64,000 nt of DNA, taken from NCBI GenBank assembly GCA_044226015.1, contig JBGAHS010000005.1, forward strand, positions 416,001 through 480,000, given 5' to 3'. Of this stretch, positions 28,876-38,446 are shown piece by piece (position 1 is the stretch's first letter; the number at the start of each line of letters is the position of its first letter). The position numbers were made by a program, and so were the translations under genes. The stretch is from Candidatus Obscuribacteraceae bacterium. GTDB lineage: Bacteria > Cyanobacteriota > Vampirovibrionia > Obscuribacterales > Obscuribacteraceae. Under the pieces are notes generated by a model that saw only the letters and a program-made list of their open reading frames with translations, was not told where the DNA came from and searched no databases.

Positions 28876-30357
28876 ATGAAAATAACCAGAGACAAGAGTT
28901 CTTTGAGCTTCTCAGACTGTTTGCACAGCAGCGAGCTCAAGAAGAAGACGTTGTTTACATTACTGTTTCTCGCTTTATATAAGCTCATTTCCTTGATTGC
29001 TGTTCCTTTTATTCCGAAAGAGATTTTGTTGAACAATCCATTTCTCACAAGTAAGTTGGCAGAGATGTACGACTTGTTTACGGGCGGAACTTTGACTTCG
29101 CTTTCAATATTGTCTCTGGGTATAGGTCCCTACATATCAGCATCGATAATTATTCAGCTCTGGAGTAGTGTTTCAGAAAGACTGAAAGCCCTGAAGGAAG
29201 AGGGGTCGAAAGGGCGTGAGAAGCTGCAGCAGATTACCTGGGCACTCGCCTTCGTCATTGCTGTTATTGAAGCTATTGGTCTGGCGAAAACGGTATGTAC
29301 GGCCGCGCTGGCGCCAGGGGCTCCACTGCTGATAATGTTCCTGTCGATTGCTTTGAGTTTGACCCTCGGTGCTGCGATTTGTGTGTTGTTGTCAGAATTA
29401 ATCAGCAAGAAGGGTATTGGCAGCGGTTCTTCATTGCTTATTTGCGTCGGCATAGTGGGGCGTATCCCCATGATGGTGAAGGACACTATCACAGCTTTAG
29501 ATGCACATATTACGTCACCGCTGGCAGTGACAGCTATGTTACTTGTTCTAGCTGCGGCGACCTATGCTGCTGTGCTCATGCAGAAAAGTATGAAGCGCTT
29601 GCTAATCGTTGGTGGTAAAGCCCCCGTTGGTAAGTTGCCTATGCCCGAAAATCATCTGTATCTTCCGGTGAACCCTGCCGGAGTAATGCCAATTATTTTT
29701 GCATCGCAAACACTCTTCTTCTTGCAGATGCTGTCACATTTTGTTGTGGATAAGCTTGCTGCGTTTCACGCAGGTTTGCTTAGCGACAAAATTTGTGGTG
29801 GCGCCTATAGCGCGCTTTCATCAAATCAGATCTACCAAGCCATTGTGCTGTCTCTTTGGGCAGAGAGCAGTAATTTATTCGACTATGGGCACTGGGAGTA
29901 CTATGTTCTTTTTACAATTTTGATTCTCACATTTTCGGTGTTTTACACTGATATTGTTTTGCCGCCCAAAGATATAGCTGAGAATCTTCGCAGCAGAAAC
30001 AAGATCATAGCCGGCGTGCGCCCAGGTAGACCTACGCTCAGCTATCTAAAAAAGACCTGTAAGAAGCTTGCGCTAGTCGGAGCTGCAGCTACGGCGCTAA
30101 TTTCATTGATTCCAACACAGGTTGCTCACCTCACGCAGGTTGAATCATTGTTGGGGTTTGGAAGTACATCCTTGTTTATTCTCACTGGGGTGGTGCTGGA
30201 CACGCAGAGACAGATGATTGCATGTGTCTCTAGTTCAAAGACACATCGTCGTTATTTGTTGACTCCACCGAAAGTTGACAAAGCACTTAACAATAAAGAA
30301 GAGCAATCTTACAGTGACAAAGATAACGACGATGATAGCCTTAAACTTACCGTTTAA
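28876..30357 (+). CDS. secY: preprotein translocase subunit SecY (divergent stand-alone paralog)
   Basis: LFTGG..SILSLGIGPYISASIIIQL, LKEEG, KGIGSGSSLLI, VNPAGVMPIIFA, IAENL...AGVRPG, FGSTSLFILTGV. Confidence 0.92.
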   Translation: MKITRDKSSLSFSDCLHSSELKKKTLFTLLFLALYKLISLIAVPFIPKEILLNNPFLTSKLAEMYDLFTGGTLTSLSILSLGIGPYISASIIIQLWSSVSERLKALKEEGSKGREKLQQITWALAFVIAVIEAIGLAKTVCTAALAPGAPLLIMFLSIALSLTLGAAICVLLSELISKKGIGSGSSLLICVGIVGRIPMMVKDTITALDAHITSPLAVTAMLLVLAAATYAAVLMQKSMKRLLIVGGKAPVGKLPMPENHLYLPVNPAGVMPIIFASQTLFFLQMLSHFVVDKLAAFHAGLLSDKICGGAYSALSSNQIYQAIVLSLWAESSNLFDYGHWEYYVLFTILILTFSVFYTDIVLPPKDIAENLRSRNKIIAGVRPGRPTLSYLKKTCKKLALVGAAATALISLIPTQVAHLTQVESLLGFGSTSLFILTGVVLDTQRQMIACVSSSKTHRRYLLTPPKVDKALNNKEEQSYSDKDNDDDSLKLTV

Positions 30358-30412
30358 TCTGTAAAAATTTTGTTCTGCTAGAATGACCCTTCGCCAAATA
30401 TGGAGAGATAAA

Positions 30413-30988
30413 ATGGCTTTGACAAATTCAACAATGCTGCCACTAGGAACTCAGGCTCCCGACTTCCACTTACCTGATGTGCTGAGTGGAAAAACTATTA
30501 GTCTTGCAAATTTTTCTGGAAAACAGGGACTGTTGGTGATGTTCATCTGCAAGCACTGCCCTTACGTCAAGCACATAGAAAACGAGTTGGCTTTAATTGG
30601 CAGAGATTACGCTTCGAAAAACATTGGTATAGTCGCAATTTCGAGCAATGACGTTACGACTCATCCAGAAGATTCTCCTGAGAAATTGAAAGGCTTTGCT
30701 GAGGCGCTCGCGTTTAATTTCCCGCTTTGTTATGACGAGTCGCAGGCTGTGGCAAAAGCCTACACAGCAGCTTGTACACCCGATTTCTTTTTATTTGATG
30801 CAAACTTCAAGTTGGTTTATCGTGGGCAGCTTGATGAGAGCCGACCCGGAAATGATAAACCTGTTACAGGCAAAGATTTGCGCGCTGCCCTTGATGCGGT
30901 TGCCAGTTCTTGTGCGGTTAATGCTGATCAAAAGCCCAGTGCTGGCTGCAACATCAAATGGAAAGCAGGTTCTGAACCTAAGTACTAA
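30413..30988 (+). CDS. AhpC/TSA redoxin (peroxiredoxin-like thioredoxin family)
   Basis: STMLPLGTQAPDF, VMFICKHCPYV, AACTPDFF, YRGQLDESRP, GCNIKWK. Confidence 0.93.
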   Translation: MALTNSTMLPLGTQAPDFHLPDVLSGKTISLANFSGKQGLLVMFICKHCPYVKHIENELALIGRDYASKNIGIVAISSNDVTTHPEDSPEKLKGFAEALAFNFPLCYDESQAVAKAYTAACTPDFFLFDANFKLVYRGQLDESRPGNDKPVTGKDLRAALDAVASSCAVNADQKPSAGCNIKWKAGSEPKY

Positions 30989-31059
30989 GATGCAATTATC
31001 GAGATGTCGGGCAAGCCTCTGATACTTCGATAAATGTTTCGCCTGACGACAGTTCGCAA

Positions 31060-31090
31060 AAAAAAGCAGTGCTAATTGCACTGCTTTTTT
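31060..31090. terminator. bidirectional intrinsic terminator
   Basis: AAAAAAGCAGTGC-TAATT-GCACTGCTTTTTT between convergent genes. Confidence 0.85.
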
Positions 31091-31108
31091 AATTTCACGG
31101 TTGGAAGA

Positions 31109-31675
31109 TTATTTCTTAGTTGTTGTGCTTGGTTTGCTTGCTGCCGCGCCGGCGTTTTGAAACCCTGTCTGATTTGCCTTCAAATAATCGACGACAAATT
31201 GATTGCTGAGTTCTTCAACAACTGTATCCGGCTTGCCTTTGGTGAAGGACTTTTCTGAGTAGGTCACAGCGCGAATTGCAATTTTAGGGTTGCGTTCTAA
31301 TGTTGCCCACTGCATCACCTTAAGCTCACCAACAGTATGACTGCCGAATTTGTTGAACGAAATTTGTACGATAGCATCGGCGCCTTTCTTCGAAGAAGCC
31401 ATCTTAACCATTGGCTCGCAGCTTATATTGAGTTGCGCCAACTTCGCTCCCATTATTTTTTCGAGAGGTCCAAAATCATGAAAACCGACGACCCGATATG
31501 CGATTGAGCGAATGCCAGTAAGCGATGGCAACATCAAATCTTGCCTGATCGCTCTTCTTTTTGCTGTGACTTCATCAGGACTCATGGGAGGTTCACTTCC
31601 ACTTGCAGCTTGAACCGCTGGCGAGAGAAGTGCCATTAGCAGCGACAGAACACTTAAAGCTTTTATTGCTGACAT
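31109..31675 (-). CDS. exported hypothetical protein
   Basis: Signal peptide MSAIKALSVLSLLMALLSPAVQA; start moved to 31675. Confidence 0.7.
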   Translation of the reverse strand: MSAIKALSVLSLLMALLSPAVQAASGSEPPMSPDEVTAKRRAIRQDLMLPSLTGIRSIAYRVVGFHDFGPLEKIMGAKLAQLNISCEPMVKMASSKKGADAIVQISFNKFGSHTVGELKVMQWATLERNPKIAIRAVTYSEKSFTKGKPDTVVEELSNQFVVDYLKANQTGFQNAGAAASKPSTTTKK

Positions 31676-31832
31676 CGGTAAGTTCCCGTATTGAATGGTG
31701 CGGCTTGCGAGTATATCACCTTGTTTTCCAGTTCCAAAGTTAGGACTGAGCGCGAAATTAAGCTTCAGAATCTTAGACCAAACCTCGATATAATATTGTT
31801 GAGGGTCAAGTTGCTGCCAAGGAGAGCGTACT

Positions 31833-32471
31833 ATGCGCCAGAAAATTTGGATATTGCTTGGGTTGAGTTTGATTGTAGGGTCATTCAATGCAAGTACAAC
31901 ACGAGTTTTAGCTCAAGGAGCTGAAACAGCAGCCGACCAGAGTGCTTTTCAAGATGATGAGGAAATGATGCGTCTCAATGGCGCTCAAGTTAACCAGGTA
32001 CAAGGTGAGGTCATGAGCGCTGAACAGCAAGCTGCGTATGACGATAAGCGAAACCAGGCATACCGTTTGTACGCCGAGAAGAAGGTTCAAGAACTTGAGA
32101 AACTGAAAGCGAGCAATCCTGACAATGCTCGCCAGATAGGTGTTTTGCAGCGCTGGCTGAAGGCAGATGCTGCCATGAGAATGAGAGATCAGCAGACGAT
32201 CAATTCGTTGAGACAACGTCTTGCGAACATCGAGCAGACTCAAAATCAGACGATGACAAATCTCGGCGGCGACGTATCTGCTATGCGAGAAGCCGCTAAT
32301 GATGCGCGAGCTGATGATATGTTCCGTCAGCAAATGTCAATAAACTACTTCAATGAGTTGCAGTCTGAGATGGGACCGGCTAACTGGACCCACTCAAGTC
32401 GCGGACCCAGCTATGGCATGGGCGGCTACGGTTTCAGTGGTGGACAGGCACTTTTCGGTGGGGGCTACTAA
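31833..32471 (+). CDS. exported coiled-coil hypothetical protein with a Gly/Tyr-rich tail
   Basis: Signal peptide, RBS AAGGAG, helical Gln-rich body, YGMGGYGFSGGQ tail. Confidence 0.75.
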   Translation: MRQKIWILLGLSLIVGSFNASTTRVLAQGAETAADQSAFQDDEEMMRLNGAQVNQVQGEVMSAEQQAAYDDKRNQAYRLYAEKKVQELEKLKASNPDNARQIGVLQRWLKADAAMRMRDQQTINSLRQRLANIEQTQNQTMTNLGGDVSAMREAANDARADDMFRQQMSINYFNELQSEMGPANWTHSSRGPSYGMGGYGFSGGQALFGGGY

Positions 32472-32478
32472 GCGTTAA

Positions 32479-33204
32479 ATGCGCTTGATTGAGCGGTTCT
32501 GTGCGGCTCTACTAATTGCCGTTGTCTGCTGCGTGGCTGAGACTCGCGCAGATGATGACCTGGATTTGCCGCGCGTCGTTGTGGCTACGGGCGGACCGTA
32601 TGTTTCGCGCTCGCTCAATATTCAGCGCTTTCACGATGTGATTGATATTCCAAATGAGTATCTCATGCAACCCCTTTCCATGGTTTGCACAGATGGCTCC
32701 ATGAACTCACCTGGTTTCGCCTGGGTGCGTGTTTTCTTGATACCCGATGACAGCGATCAAAATTATCAATCGTCGGCCGAGCCACTAGGAAGAATGCTTG
32801 TTAAAGAGGATTCGTTTCTTTATTCGTCGCGTATCTATCTTGATATGAGTCGTCAATTCAAACCTGGTAGAAACAAGATAATCGTAGAGGGTGCTGGGCG
32901 TCTTGGTGCTGAGTTCAGTTGGGAAATGCGATCAATCGGGCGCCCGAATTTGTCTATGCCTCCACAGTCAGCCACTATTAGTGGTGCCTGGTTCGATGTA
33001 TATGGATCCGGGTTTAGCCTGAGACCTAACGAAAACGTTGTGCAATTGGGTCCAGTTAGTTTGCCTGTTGGGCAATCAAACTTCTCGTCGTTGAAGGTAT
33101 TTGTACCTGAGCAGTTTCCGTCCGGAAACTATGATCTTTCAGTGTCTATAAGGAACTTCAAGAGTCGTGTTGTAAAGGTTCAAGTAGAGAATCCGAAAAA
33201 GTGA
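32479..33204 (+). CDS. exported protein with a C-terminal IPT/TIG-like domain
   Basis: Signal peptide; GAWFDVYGSGFS..ENVVQLG..LKVFVPE..GNYDLSVS IPT pattern. Confidence 0.7.
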   Translation: MRLIERFCAALLIAVVCCVAETRADDDLDLPRVVVATGGPYVSRSLNIQRFHDVIDIPNEYLMQPLSMVCTDGSMNSPGFAWVRVFLIPDDSDQNYQSSAEPLGRMLVKEDSFLYSSRIYLDMSRQFKPGRNKIIVEGAGRLGAEFSWEMRSIGRPNLSMPPQSATISGAWFDVYGSGFSLRPNENVVQLGPVSLPVGQSNFSSLKVFVPEQFPSGNYDLSVSIRNFKSRVVKVQVENPKK

Positions 33205-33222
33205 TTGTGCTAAGATAAGCGC

Positions 33223-33606
33223 ATGGAAGATCCCATTTCAATTATTTATCGCTCTATCAACAGTGAAGATCCCTTCTTCAAGCTGGTTGACGAATTTTAC
33301 GCTGGTGTCGAAATAGACAGCAGAATTCGTTCTCTTTACCCTGAGGATTTGACTCTTTCCAAAAAGCATTTAGCTTTATTCCTCATTCAACGTTTCGGTG
33401 GCAGAGGAACTTACACCGAAGAACGAGGACACCCTAGAATGCGCGGTCGGCATATGCCATTTAAAATTGGCATGAAAGAACGTGATGCCTGGCTGGAGAA
33501 CATGGGTGCAGCGTTGGATAAGGTGCCTGAGTTTGCTCCCTTCAGAGCAGTGCTGGATCACTACTTTGTCGAGTTTGCAACCTTTATGATTAATCAGCCT
33601 GGCTAG
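33223..33606 (+). CDS. glbO: group II truncated hemoglobin
   Basis: LVDEFYAGV, LYPEDL, FLIQRFGG..YTEERGHPRMRGRHMPFKIG..ERDAWL, FMINQ. Confidence 0.93.
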   Translation: MEDPISIIYRSINSEDPFFKLVDEFYAGVEIDSRIRSLYPEDLTLSKKHLALFLIQRFGGRGTYTEERGHPRMRGRHMPFKIGMKERDAWLENMGAALDKVPEFAPFRAVLDHYFVEFATFMINQPG

Positions 33607-33640
33607 CTTGCGCTGAATTAAGTCGCGCACTTAGTCTGAT

Positions 33641-34357
33641 TTAAGTCTCGTCGTCCTTATTGCTAGGAGGAGGACTTTGTGGATTCAGATGCGGCATTCC
33701 ATTCTCGAAGAGTTGCTTCAATTTCTCCATCATCTGGCGTTTCTGCTCGGGTGAAAGATTATCCATCCCAGAACGCGGCATCATTCCTGGCGGCAACATG
33801 CCTGGTGCCATGCGCATATGACGTGCGCTCTCCATCACAATTGGCATGTACTTGATTGCCGCTAGCTCGATGACCTCTGACATCATATCTGGTGCCTGTT
33901 TAATTAGTTTCTTTCCAGTAGAGGACTTAAGAAACTTCAGGAGGTTTTTCATATCAGATTCGCTAAGATGATCTTCCATCACTTTCTTAGCTGTGTCTTT
34001 GCAAAAGCCGTTGGGATCGAGCTTTTCCATAAGCCGCTCTTTGAGTTCTGGAGGCATCTTATCGTGACCAGAGCGACCATCCTTAATGCGTGCTTTCAAC
34101 TTCTCTTTCTGTTCATCGCTCATGTGCGCTTGATCGGCGATTGAGTTTATGACATTGTCCATGCGCTCTTCTTGCTTTTTCTTGAGTTCAGCTTTTTCGT
34201 CTTCTGTCAGCTTCTCAGCTTCAACTGCTTCGATAATTTGAACAGCTGTGGATGAGTTCTTGTTTGATTTTTCACTCTTGTCTTTACTTTTGCAAAATGC
34301 TGGTGCAGTTCCTGCCAGCAAAAAAGCAGATAGCATCAAGGCATTTATTTTGCGCAT
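33641..34357 (-). CDS. exported DUF2059-like protein
   Basis: Signal peptide; HLSESDMKNLLKFLKSSTGKKL resembles the DUF2059 core. Confidence 0.65.
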   Translation of the reverse strand: MRKINALMLSAFLLAGTAPAFCKSKDKSEKSNKNSSTAVQIIEAVEAEKLTEDEKAELKKKQEERMDNVINSIADQAHMSDEQKEKLKARIKDGRSGHDKMPPELKERLMEKLDPNGFCKDTAKKVMEDHLSESDMKNLLKFLKSSTGKKLIKQAPDMMSEVIELAAIKYMPIVMESARHMRMAPGMLPPGMMPRSGMDNLSPEQKRQMMEKLKQLFENGMPHLNPQSPPPSNKDDET

Positions 34358-34396
34358 GTTAAATCTCTCGCTTGGATCTCACGAAGATTATAACAT

Positions 34397-37300
34397 TTAC
34401 GGCATCATCGACTTGAATTCAGCGTATTCCTGCTGATTTCTGGCTGATTGCATACCAATCTGGCACTCTTCTCTTGCATGGTCGTTAAATCCAGCAAGGG
34501 TGTACGCTTTAATCAGCTCAATACGAGCTTTTGTGAAAGCAGGTTGTTGTTGCACAAGGTTTTGAAGAACTTTAACTGCTGCTTCCAGGCGGTTGGCTTT
34601 GACCAATGCTCTACCGTAGTAGTATTGCTCTTCCAGGCTTAGCCCTTGGTTTGCGGCATAGGCAAATTGTGTCGAGGCGCCTACATATTCGCCAGCGCTG
34701 TACAGTGCGTTTGCCAGGTATCTTCTGGCTCGACCATCGCTCGGGTTAGTCTTGACTGCAGCTCTGAGTACCCTTATCGCATAGCCGAGATTTCCAGCCT
34801 TTGCTTGTTCATAAGCCCGTCCAACATAATCTCCAGCGAGATCGGCAGCCGTCAACGGAGTGTCTTCTCCACTTTCATCTTTCAGTGTTCTGGTTCCAGC
34901 TCTAGACTTCATCAATGCAATCGCTTTGTCGGTCTGATCGAGAGCCTTCTGCAGTTTCGCAAGTGGTTTCTTGCTCACTGCTTCTTCCAGGTCTGGTTTA
35001 GCCGGACCATACTGTTTCTTCTGGAAATAAAGCAAACCACGCTCAGCAAACGCTTCTGGTGTTGCAAAATTATGTTCAATTGCTTTTGTTAGTTCATCGA
35101 TAGCTTTGTCAGGATCCTTTTCTTTCAAAAGCAACGCGTTTTGGAAGTGCAGTTCTCCATCGCCAGGACTTAATACAAGCGCTTTATTTAGATAGTCTCT
35201 TCCCTTTGCTGTCTCGCCTTGAGCGATTTTCAGGATTGCAAGTTTCTTAGCAAAATCGACGTTTTTAGGATCGCAAGCAAGAGCTTTGACCAGAGCATTA
35301 GCTTGTTTGTCTTTGTCGTTTGTAGCGTCATAACAGTCCGCAAGCAACGAAAAAATTCTTGCTTTGTCTCCGTCTTCTCGTTTGCTTGCCAGTTCAAGCA
35401 CTTGAGCTGCTGTGTCCCATCGACTAAGCTTCATCAGAGCATCAGCTTTGATCATTAGCGAATTGACGTTGTCTTTGATTTTTATTGCTTTGTCAGCAGC
35501 TTCAATCGCTTCACCATAGTTTTTCAATTCCAGATAGGCTTTGGCTAGAGATTGTGCTGCAGAAAATTCTTCTGGTTTTATTGAGAGAACCTTCTTGTAG
35601 TCTTCGACTTGACGTTTGTAATCCGTTGGAACAGATAATGCATGCCCTAGATATGCTTCCCAGCTCTGAGGATTGGCCGCGATGATGGCTTCGTATGATT
35701 CCTTCGCGCCTTTTAGATCGCCTCCAACAAGTTTGTCTGAAGCCGCAGTCAGAGATGTTTGTCGCTGCGCTGAGTGAAATGTGAAAAAGATGATTGAAAG
35801 AACTATGCCAACGGATGATCCAACGATAATGAAATGTTTGAGCCTCTTATCCTTGAGAATTGAGATCTCTAACTTTGTGTCCTCAATTTGATTCGCGACA
35901 AATGACTTGGCGTCTACTTCGACGCTCTTTCTTACCTGCTCAACAAACAGCGAGCGACTTTGCTCACGCTCTTGCTCAATTTTTGAGCTTTGTCCAGATG
36001 GTGCTGCAGCATTTCCAGAAGCATTCATTGCTCCAGATTTTGCCCGTTGAATTTCTGATGTAAGCTGCGATGTCTGCATCGATTGAGTCAGTGCCTGCGA
36101 CTTCAGTTTGTCGAAGGTTGATTGATGGATAGGTCCTGGAGTTGGCTCTGGTTCCTCTTCGCGTTCAACTTTTACAAGCTCGTTCTTAGGCTTACCAGAT
36201 ATAGCTGCTTCGAGGTCTCTCAAGACTAACGATTGCTGGTAATCTTTGGTGTCTTCCAGATTGACGTCTTCGAAAACTTTCTCATCGCCTTCGCCAAATT
36301 TCTGCCTAACAAATGCTTTGAGTTCGGCTCTTAGAGCCATTCCTAGTGGGTCGCCATCACTGCTCGCTGCTTCAGGCACATATGATTCTGGTGGTTGATA
36401 GGATGAAGTAGAATAAGCGTTATCTCCTGGCGATACAAGTACAAAACCTGCGTTATTTGCCTCTGGAGCCACCTCTAATGATGAATTTCCGAAGGCGGCT
36501 TCCTGCATCGCAGCAAGTTCTCCGTAGCGCGCAAGTTCTTCGTCTACTGGTTCCGCAGATGGTGGCGTTGCTGCCACGTTTTCTGATGGTAACGCTACTT
36601 CACTTGTTTTGCGTTTTGCAACGGGGGTGAGTTCAATCGGCTCTTGCGTGCGTTTTACTACAACTGTTTCGCCTGATCCAGTGGGCGCTAAATCATCAGC
36701 GCGTTTTACTGAAGTTTCAGTAAGCGAAGGCTCCCACGATATTTTTGGTGTCTCCACTTCTTTTGTGGACTTTTTCTCTTTGTCCGCCTTCATGACCTCG
36801 ACGGTTGTCTTTTTTGCCCAGCCCCAAACCTGAGCCAGTCCGTCGAGCAGTGAAGAGCCAGTTTGCTCTTCCATTGCTTTATTAGTTTGCGAAAGAGTGG
36901 TGTCTAGGGCTTTGTTCGTTTGAGACTGCGCTACATCGAAAGCTTTGTTTGTTTGAGATTGAGTTGATTCTGCAGCGGGCGCTATTTCGGCAGTCTTTGT
37001 AAATGGTTCGGAAATAGCCTTGTTAGTTTGTGACTCATCGGGCGCGAAAAGATCCGCAGTTTTGTCACGAACAGGAGGCTCAGCTTTGGCCACTTTAGGA
37101 GCGACCTTCCCCTCGACTTTAGGAGCGACCTTCTCCTCGACTTTAGGAGCGACCTTCTCCTCGACTTTAGGAGCGACCTTCTCTTCGACTTTAGGAGCGA
37201 CCTTCTCTTCGACTTTAGGAGCAACCTTCTCTTCGACTTTAGGAGCAACCTTCTCCTCGACTTTAGGAGCGACCTTCTCCTCGACTTTAGGAGCGACCTT

Positions 37301-37897
37301 CTCTTCGACTTTAGGAGCGACCTTCTCTTCGACTTTAGGAGCGGACTCTGTGCTGGTTTGTTTCTCTAGCGACTCAATGACGCCCTCAGGACCCAAATCC
37401 CAATCCGCGTCATCAATACTTGCGATAAGAATATCCAGCTCATCGCCTGCGCTGGGAGTCGCTTTGGTTGGCGGTGCCGGTAGTTTAGAATCGATTTCAG
37501 GAATTGTATTTCGCTTGCATTTGCGCAATATTTCAATTGTTGGCAAATCTGGTGTTTGCCTCAGCTTATCTAGCAATTCATCAATGCTAATTCCAATAGA
37601 CTGGGCAAGCTCATCTCCCAACAAGCGACTATCCATCTGAATCAAATCGAAAGCACCGCTTTCAAGTTTCATGAAGATTGAAAGTGCTTCAAAACCATTG
37701 AGGGTTGTATCGCCGCTCTGACACTTGGCTCCTGTTATTAGGTTGCCATTTGCTATTCCTATCCACCCAGAGGCTTTAGCCGAAATAATCCTCACCACAG
37801 AGTGCTGAGAAAGGTCCGTTCTCGTGGCGCACATCAGTGCTGGTCTTATTCCGAACTTACTTGTAATGAGACCCGAGGTGAGTATATTAAGGTTCAT
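34397..37897 (-). CDS. large membrane-anchored TPR protein (N-terminal PATAN/DUF4388-like domain, repeat linker, TM helix, about 10 TPRs)
   Basis: N-terminal VVRIIS..SGWIGI..GFEALSIFMKLESGAF; TM helix FIIVGSSVGIVLSIIFFTF; C-terminal TPRs. Confidence 0.85.
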   Translation of the reverse strand: MNLNILTSGLITSKFGIRPALMCATRTDLSQHSVVRIISAKASGWIGIANGNLITGAKCQSGDTTLNGFEALSIFMKLESGAFDLIQMDSRLLGDELAQSIGISIDELLDKLRQTPDLPTIEILRKCKRNTIPEIDSKLPAPPTKATPSAGDELDILIASIDDADWDLGPEGVIESLEKQTSTESAPKVEEKVAPKVEEKVAPKVEEKVAPKVEEKVAPKVEEKVAPKVEEKVAPKVEEKVAPKVEEKVAPKVEEKVAPKVEGKVAPKVAKAEPPVRDKTADLFAPDESQTNKAISEPFTKTAEIAPAAESTQSQTNKAFDVAQSQTNKALDTTLSQTNKAMEEQTGSSLLDGLAQVWGWAKKTTVEVMKADKEKKSTKEVETPKISWEPSLTETSVKRADDLAPTGSGETVVVKRTQEPIELTPVAKRKTSEVALPSENVAATPPSAEPVDEELARYGELAAMQEAAFGNSSLEVAPEANNAGFVLVSPGDNAYSTSSYQPPESYVPEAASSDGDPLGMALRAELKAFVRQKFGEGDEKVFEDVNLEDTKDYQQSLVLRDLEAAISGKPKNELVKVEREEEPEPTPGPIHQSTFDKLKSQALTQSMQTSQLTSEIQRAKSGAMNASGNAAAPSGQSSKIEQEREQSRSLFVEQVRKSVEVDAKSFVANQIEDTKLEISILKDKRLKHFIIVGSSVGIVLSIIFFTFHSAQRQTSLTAASDKLVGGDLKGAKESYEAIIAANPQSWEAYLGHALSVPTDYKRQVEDYKKVLSIKPEEFSAAQSLAKAYLELKNYGEAIEAADKAIKIKDNVNSLMIKADALMKLSRWDTAAQVLELASKREDGDKARIFSLLADCYDATNDKDKQANALVKALACDPKNVDFAKKLAILKIAQGETAKGRDYLNKALVLSPGDGELHFQNALLLKEKDPDKAIDELTKAIEHNFATPEAFAERGLLYFQKKQYGPAKPDLEEAVSKKPLAKLQKALDQTDKAIALMKSRAGTRTLKDESGEDTPLTAADLAGDYVGRAYEQAKAGNLGYAIRVLRAAVKTNPSDGRARRYLANALYSAGEYVGASTQFAYAANQGLSLEEQYYYGRALVKANRLEAAVKVLQNLVQQQPAFTKARIELIKAYTLAGFNDHAREECQIGMQSARNQQEYAEFKSMMP
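37092..37343 (-). repeat. 24-bp coding tandem repeat, about 10.5 copies (APKVEEKV)
   Basis: ACTTTAGGAGCGACCTTCTC(C/T)TCG repeats every 24 bp from 37092 with no spacers. Confidence 0.97.
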
Positions 37898-37950
37898 ATG
37901 CTAGCTTTTTGGTATATACCTATCTTTAATACCACCTGCGATACTGAAGG

Positions 37951-38430
37951 TCAACGTGTATTCACAATCGGGAATGTGTATGTCTGGCTGAATGTGTAAG
38001 ACTGAGTTCCATAGGTGTTTCCAAAAAACTGAGTCGGAGCAAACGGTAGCTTCGCTGTAGATACCACTGTGACTGTGACATATGGCGATGTGTCTTCATC
38101 TGGCGGTGAGCCATTATAGTCTTCATAGACGAGGTTTTGGAGTACTGGAGGAGTCATGAAGGAGTTCGCTGTTTTGAAGGATTGCAATATGCTGTTTACA
38201 ACCTTCGTCGCTTGAGCTTTTGTAGTTGCAAGGTCTGCTTGTGGCTGTGTTTGTGCAGCAGCGCGTGCAGCGTCTCTGGCTGCTCTGTCTGTGATATGAG
38301 CGCATATCACTAGCAGTGACATATAAACGGCGAAGATAGCGAAGATAACCATAAATATCGAACTACATGCCATTTCTACAACGGCACTACCCTTTCTGTT
38401 TCGGGATTGCATTCGCTGAAACGTTCTCAT
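37951..38430 (-). CDS. TadE-like pseudopilin
   Basis: RNRKG/SAVVE prepilin cleavage site with E+5, TM helix, DRAARDAARAAA. Confidence 0.8.
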   Translation of the reverse strand: MRTFQRMQSRNRKGSAVVEMACSSIFMVIFAIFAVYMSLLVICAHITDRAARDAARAAAQTQPQADLATTKAQATKVVNSILQSFKTANSFMTPPVLQNLVYEDYNGSPPDEDTSPYVTVTVVSTAKLPFAPTQFFGNTYGTQSYTFSQTYTFPIVNTR

Positions 38431-38446
38431 CTTAAAATCCTTTTGC

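Noticed and set aside
37092..37343. Regular 24-bp repeats as a possible CRISPR array
   Set aside because: The units are contiguous with no unique spacers, are in frame within a CDS, and have no cas genes nearby.
37020..37640. 206-aa antisense ORF with TLGATFSS repeats
   Set aside because: It is the antisense reading of the APKVEEKV repeat, with no independent coding evidence.
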